The notes under the pieces: generated by a model | Databases searched by the model: none | Told to the model about the DNA's origin: nothing | The model's input: the letters and a program-made list of their open reading frames with translations, nothing else | Shown: positions 60,493 to 64,000 of the stretch, in pieces | How positions within the stretch are numbered: the first letter of the stretch is position 1 | How the letters are laid out: every line of letters begins with the position of its first letter | Position numbers and translations under genes: made by a program | Source of the DNA: Dehalococcoidia bacterium | GTDB taxonomy: Bacteria > Chloroflexota > Dehalococcoidia > Lucifugimonadales > JAGWBF01 | Direction of reading: 5' to 3' | Length of the DNA stretch: 64,000 bases | Assembly (NCBI GenBank): GCA_965197415.1 | Contig: OZ240207.1 | Location: 2,858,957 to 2,922,956 of the forward strand

Positions 60493-61299
60493 CTACTTGG
60501 CGTTGTCCGCCCTTATTCCCATGGCCGTGGGGCGTATCACTTCCCGCACCGTCTTGCGGACAAGGTCGTTGTCCATCTCGGCGGCGATGCCAGGGTAGCC
60601 GGACCGTTCGAGCATGCTGGGCAAGTTGCCCTTTTCGAACTGGTCCAGGGTCCAGTCCAGCGTGTCCGGCACCAACGTAGTGTCCCAGTAGATGCGTATG
60701 TCCTTGTTTCTGGGGCCGTAGTGGAAGTGAGGAGCCCGCTCGAAACAGTCGAAGGCCATCAGCTCGATCTCCTGGCCGGACACGTCGCTGAGCAGGTGGA
60801 CGGCAAGCCCGCGGTCGTTCGCCCGCTCCAACTCGCGGAACTCCAGCCCGAACCTGACGTTCCCGACCTCGATGACGGGCTCGCCCCGGTTGTGGACTAC
60901 GTAGCGACGCTCGGACACTGCCATCTCACGGGCGGTGCACTCCACCTCGCCCAGCTTGTCGGTGACTGCCGAGGGGTTGCTTCGGATTTGTCCGGCCAGG
61001 TTGTCGTACCCGGCCCGCTCCACCATCTCGGGCAAGCGGGTGCGCAACTGGTCCAGCGTCCAGCCGAGGGGGTTTCCGGCTGTGGTCTTGTCCATGAACA
61101 GGCGCTCGTTCTTGTTCTTAGGTCCGTAGTGGTAGTGGGGCGCCTGGTCGAAACAGTCGAACCTGAGAATCTCCACGTCTTCTCCGTCTATCTCACTGAT
61201 GACTTGGACGCAGAGTCCCTGGTCGTCCATGATTTCCTTCCGGTACTGCATAGCGATCTTGACTGGCCCGGCTTCTATCTGAGTCTCTCCCATTTCCAT
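60493..61299 (-). CDS. Hypothetical protein made of two tandem ~125-aa repeats with motif FDCF..APH(Y/F)HYGP(K/R)NK
   Basis: Internal duplication is visible in the translation. Strong SD AAGGAGG 6 nt before the ATG. I do not recognise the family. Confidence 0.7.
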   Translation of the reverse strand: MEMGETQIEAGPVKIAMQYRKEIMDDQGLCVQVISEIDGEDVEILRFDCFDQAPHYHYGPKNKNERLFMDKTTAGNPLGWTLDQLRTRLPEMVERAGYDNLAGQIRSNPSAVTDKLGEVECTAREMAVSERRYVVHNRGEPVIEVGNVRFGLEFRELERANDRGLAVHLLSDVSGQEIELMAFDCFERAPHFHYGPRNKDIRIYWDTTLVPDTLDWTLDQFEKGNLPSMLERSGYPGIAAEMDNDLVRKTVREVIRPTAMGIRADNAK

Positions 61300-61534
61300 G
61301 TCTAACCTCCTTTATCCCGTCGTTTTCACGGTTGCGATGAGGGGAACCCTATTCGATGATACGTATTATAGACCAGGATTTGCGAATGGTAAATATTCGA
61401 CTGTTCAAGACCGAGGACCCTACGTAGTCTCCCCCGACCGCCATAGACAGACAGATAATCCAATTCTTTGCCTTAACGCAGACAAATCTCTATGATTACG
61501 AAAAGGGATAGTGGATTCTGGAACGGGGAGCAAA

Positions 61535-62440
61535 ATGGCTGTACCTCCGCAGACCAAGATGCACCGGTTGCTATTGGAAGCAGCAGTCGAGACCGGTGGA
61601 ATCCTGTCAACTAAACAATTCATAGAAAAGATAACTAATCGGTTGTCATTGACACCGGAAGATTTGAATGAGAGGTCGTCTTCCGGAGCAGTGAGAATGT
61701 ACACAAATTCAGCTTTCGCGTTGTCCCTTCTGACAAGAGCGGGTCTGCTGGATAGACCATCTCGGGGTCATAACCGGATTAACGACAAAGGTCGTTCACT
61801 TCTTGAGAAGCACGACGGTGAGTTCACTGTCGGCATGCTGAATAGTATGGCGCAACAACGAGAAAAAGTTGAGCTAGACGAAGAGACGGCTTGGAAAGTT
61901 TCTTATATCGACGTCTATGATGACACGACGCCTGATGAAAAGATGGCGGACAGTTACAAAGCATTACGCGACAGTCTGGCTGATGACCTGCTGAGAAGTC
62001 TGTCAGAAGTATCGCCAGATAATTTCGAGCGTCTGGTTGTCAGTTTGCTGGAGAAGATGGGGTACGGTAAGGGCGATACCGTAGGGAGAAGCGGCGACGG
62101 CGGCATTGACGGCATTATCAATCAGGATGCATTAGGATTGGAGAAGGTCTATATCCAGGCCAAACGATGGAATAACCAGGTGGGTGAACCAGAGATACGT
62201 AACTTCTCAGGTAGCCTTGACGCACGCGGCGCTAGCAAGGGTGTGTTCGTCACTACGTCCCGGTTCAGCGAAGCGGCCAAGCGGACGGCCCAGATCATTT
62301 CGGCTGGCAGTAAGATCATACGTCTAATCGACGGTGGCGAACTGGCCCGTCTGATGATTGATCACGGTGTTGGAGTGATTACTGAACGTATCTACGAGGT
62401 CAAGAAGCTGGACGAAAACTATTTCGCCCCTGAGATATAG
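61535..62440 (+). CDS. mrr: Mrr-type restriction endonuclease (Mrr_N winged helix + Mrr catalytic domain)
   Basis: 'FERLVVSLLEKMGYG...GRSGDGGIDGII...VYIQAKRW' is the PD-(D/E)xK Mrr core. Visibly AT-richer than the flanks. Confidence 0.85.
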   Translation: MAVPPQTKMHRLLLEAAVETGGILSTKQFIEKITNRLSLTPEDLNERSSSGAVRMYTNSAFALSLLTRAGLLDRPSRGHNRINDKGRSLLEKHDGEFTVGMLNSMAQQREKVELDEETAWKVSYIDVYDDTTPDEKMADSYKALRDSLADDLLRSLSEVSPDNFERLVVSLLEKMGYGKGDTVGRSGDGGIDGIINQDALGLEKVYIQAKRWNNQVGEPEIRNFSGSLDARGASKGVFVTTSRFSEAAKRTAQIISAGSKIIRLIDGGELARLMIDHGVGVITERIYEVKKLDENYFAPEI

Positions 62441-62442
62441 GT

Positions 62443-63930
62443 CTAGTCGGAGGCGGGTTCGCTCACCGGTTGTGGAGCGGCTGGCTCCGCGACTTCACGG
62501 CGTCTCTCGCTCGTGAAAGCTGAAATGACCAAGCCTATCACCATTAAGCCGCCCATGGCCCAGAGGGCGCGCTGCACTCCGATTACGAACGCGCGAGGTT
62601 CTTCGGCGACTGCGTCCAGCGTGGACTCGACGCCCATAGAGGCCATCGTCGCGACAACTATGGCTGTCAGCGCTGCGATGCCAACCACAGAGGCCGTGTT
62701 TCTAGTCAGTTGAGTCAATGCCGAGACCACTCCATACCTGTGGCGCTCAACCGCACTGAGTATGGAGCTGGTGTTGGGGGAGATGAACAGTCCGAGGCCC
62801 GTCATTTGTCCCGTAACCAATACTATGACGACCGGAAGTGAAGTGTTTTCGTCCAGGGTCGCCGCCAGAGCAAACAGGCTGGCCGACGACAGGACCATGC
62901 CTGCGACGGTCAGTTTTCTCCAGCCCACTTTATCGGAGATGCCGCCCGCTATAGGCCCGACGAGGGTCATGGCCACGGCGCCGGAGATCAAAATCAGCCC
63001 CGATTCCCTGGGACTGTATTTCAACACGTCCTGAAGGTAGATGGGCATGAGGAACATGGCCGACACCACCCCCAGGAAGGAGAGCCAGCCCGCCGCTACC
63101 CCCCTGGCGAATACAGGCCTCTTGAAAAGCCGGAGGTCCAACATGGGGTTGGGAACTCGCAGCTCCCACCAGACGAACGCCAGTCCCGACCCGACCGACA
63201 GCGCCAGTCCAGTTGCGCACAAGACCGAGTCCCAACCCAGCCGGTTGCCGTTGGTGATGGTTAATAGGAACACTAACAGCGCCACCGCGGACAATACGGC
63301 GCCTCCCCAGTCGAACGCCGGCGCCCGACCAGCGGCTGCGTCCTGGGATATCCGCTTGTTGTTCAATATTAGGACGGAGGCCGCTATGGCTATCACGGCC
63401 GTAGGCACGTTGATGAGGAAAACGGCTTCCCAGCCGAAAGCGTCGATCAATACTCCGCTTATCACGGGGCCCAGGATGGCGCCTGTGCCGACAACTCCCA
63501 GATGGAGACCCAAGGCTTTGCCCCTCTCCTCGCTGGGGAACACTGAGACTATCATGGCCATGCCGTTGGCTTGAATCATGGCCGACCCCACGCCCTGCAG
63601 TGCCTTGGCGGCTATCAGCATTCCCAGGAACGTGGCCGACCCCGCCATGACGGAGGTCAGGGCGAATATGATGAGGCCTATTACGTAGACTTTCTTACGG
63701 CCTATGATGTCGGCTATGCGTCCGGCCGGCAGGAGGAAGACCGATATGAACAGGGTCTCGCCGATGGTCACCCATTGGACGGTGGAAAGGTCTGCGTCGA
63801 AGTGTTTCCCGATGGTGGACAGCGCCAGCGGCACGCTGGCCGCGCTTATCACGGAGACGAATGTCCCCAAGGCAATGGCGCCAAAGACCCACCACTTGTA
63901 GTTGGAAGAGAAGATTGTGGAAAGCGGCAT
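62443..63930 (-). CDS. MFS transporter, DHA2 (EmrB/QacA, 14-TM) family
   Basis: 'GRIADIIGRKKVY' (motif A-like), about 14 hydrophobic segments, and the first in-frame ATG at 63930. Confidence 0.88.
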   Translation of the reverse strand: MPLSTIFSSNYKWWVFGAIALGTFVSVISAASVPLALSTIGKHFDADLSTVQWVTIGETLFISVFLLPAGRIADIIGRKKVYVIGLIIFALTSVMAGSATFLGMLIAAKALQGVGSAMIQANGMAMIVSVFPSEERGKALGLHLGVVGTGAILGPVISGVLIDAFGWEAVFLINVPTAVIAIAASVLILNNKRISQDAAAGRAPAFDWGGAVLSAVALLVFLLTITNGNRLGWDSVLCATGLALSVGSGLAFVWWELRVPNPMLDLRLFKRPVFARGVAAGWLSFLGVVSAMFLMPIYLQDVLKYSPRESGLILISGAVAMTLVGPIAGGISDKVGWRKLTVAGMVLSSASLFALAATLDENTSLPVVIVLVTGQMTGLGLFISPNTSSILSAVERHRYGVVSALTQLTRNTASVVGIAALTAIVVATMASMGVESTLDAVAEEPRAFVIGVQRALWAMGGLMVIGLVISAFTSERRREVAEPAAPQPVSEPASD

Positions 63931-64000
63931 TGTACGAGATGTGCGAAAGGTTACTATGGCCCAACATGGCGCCGCCGTCAATGGCGCACAGCCGCAAGGT

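Noticed and set aside
1-64000. rRNA, tRNA, tmRNA, RNase P, SRP RNA genes
   Set aside because: I inspected the longer intergenic regions by eye: 2387-2700, 10024-10176, 12838-13164, 17712-17885, 42014-42185, 44772-45140, 52787-52990, 53650-53833 and 61300-61534. None showed a cloverleaf or a conserved RNA core. A tRNAscan/Infernal run would be needed to confirm this.

Overview
This is a GC-rich, gene-dense bacterial chromosome fragment with roughly 60 protein genes on both strands. I found no rRNA, tRNA, CRISPR array or intact mobile element.

Layout:
- 0.2-2.4 kb: an ABC ATPase and two paralogous 4-TM membrane proteins, bracketed by a 243-bp near-perfect direct duplication.
- 2.7-8.7 kb: a nitrogen-assimilation block on the minus strand. 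It holds two type-I glutamine synthetases (a 445-aa alpha-like form and a 474-aa beta-like form with the NLYELP adenylylation motif) and two Amt ammonium channels. No PII gene is present. Phased TGTTAC-type hexamer arrays lie upstream of both amt units.
- 8.8-12.9 kb: rmuC, a MidA-like methyltransferase and citrate synthase.
- 13-41 kb: a long run of catabolic-type enzymes. These include family-III and family-I CoA-transferases, thiolase-fold proteins with a DUF35 partner, luciferase-like (LLM) oxidoreductases, Zn-ADH/MDR and SDR dehydrogenases, a P450, an amidohydrolase, an orphan molybdopterin (XDH-family) large subunit and alpha/beta hydrolases.
- 42-45 kb: an 861-aa lipoprotein.
- 44.8-45.9 kb: a decayed AT-richer mobile-element remnant (IS1595-type transposase fragment).
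- 45.9-49.8 kb: a heterodimeric ABC exporter pair.
- 50-64 kb: ComDE-like split TPP decarboxylase, a J-domain protein, tsaD, a Phd/VapC toxin-antitoxin pair, uvrA, an amidase, a tandem-domain protein of unknown function next to an Mrr restriction enzyme, and an MFS transporter.

The enzyme repertoire resembles what is described for marine Chloroflexi of the SAR202 type, but that assignment is inference only.

Most notable observations:
1. A roughly 35-bp GC-rich hairpin repeat is dispersed in intergenic DNA and also occurs six times in-frame inside the nucleotide-binding domain of one ABC exporter. It additionally forms the N-terminus of a Ham1-like gene.
2. Hexamer arrays with exact 11-bp phasing lie upstream of both amt units and resemble OmpR/GlnR-type boxes.
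3. The 26.5-32.3 kb segment shows rearrangement scars: a duplicated promoter plus 5' SDR fragment flanking a cassette, and an XDH C-terminal remnant.
4. An 895-aa protein is a covalent fusion of two family-III CoA-transferase modules. The second module appears to lack the catalytic Asp.

All calls come from reading the sequence and the ORF translations; no database search was run.
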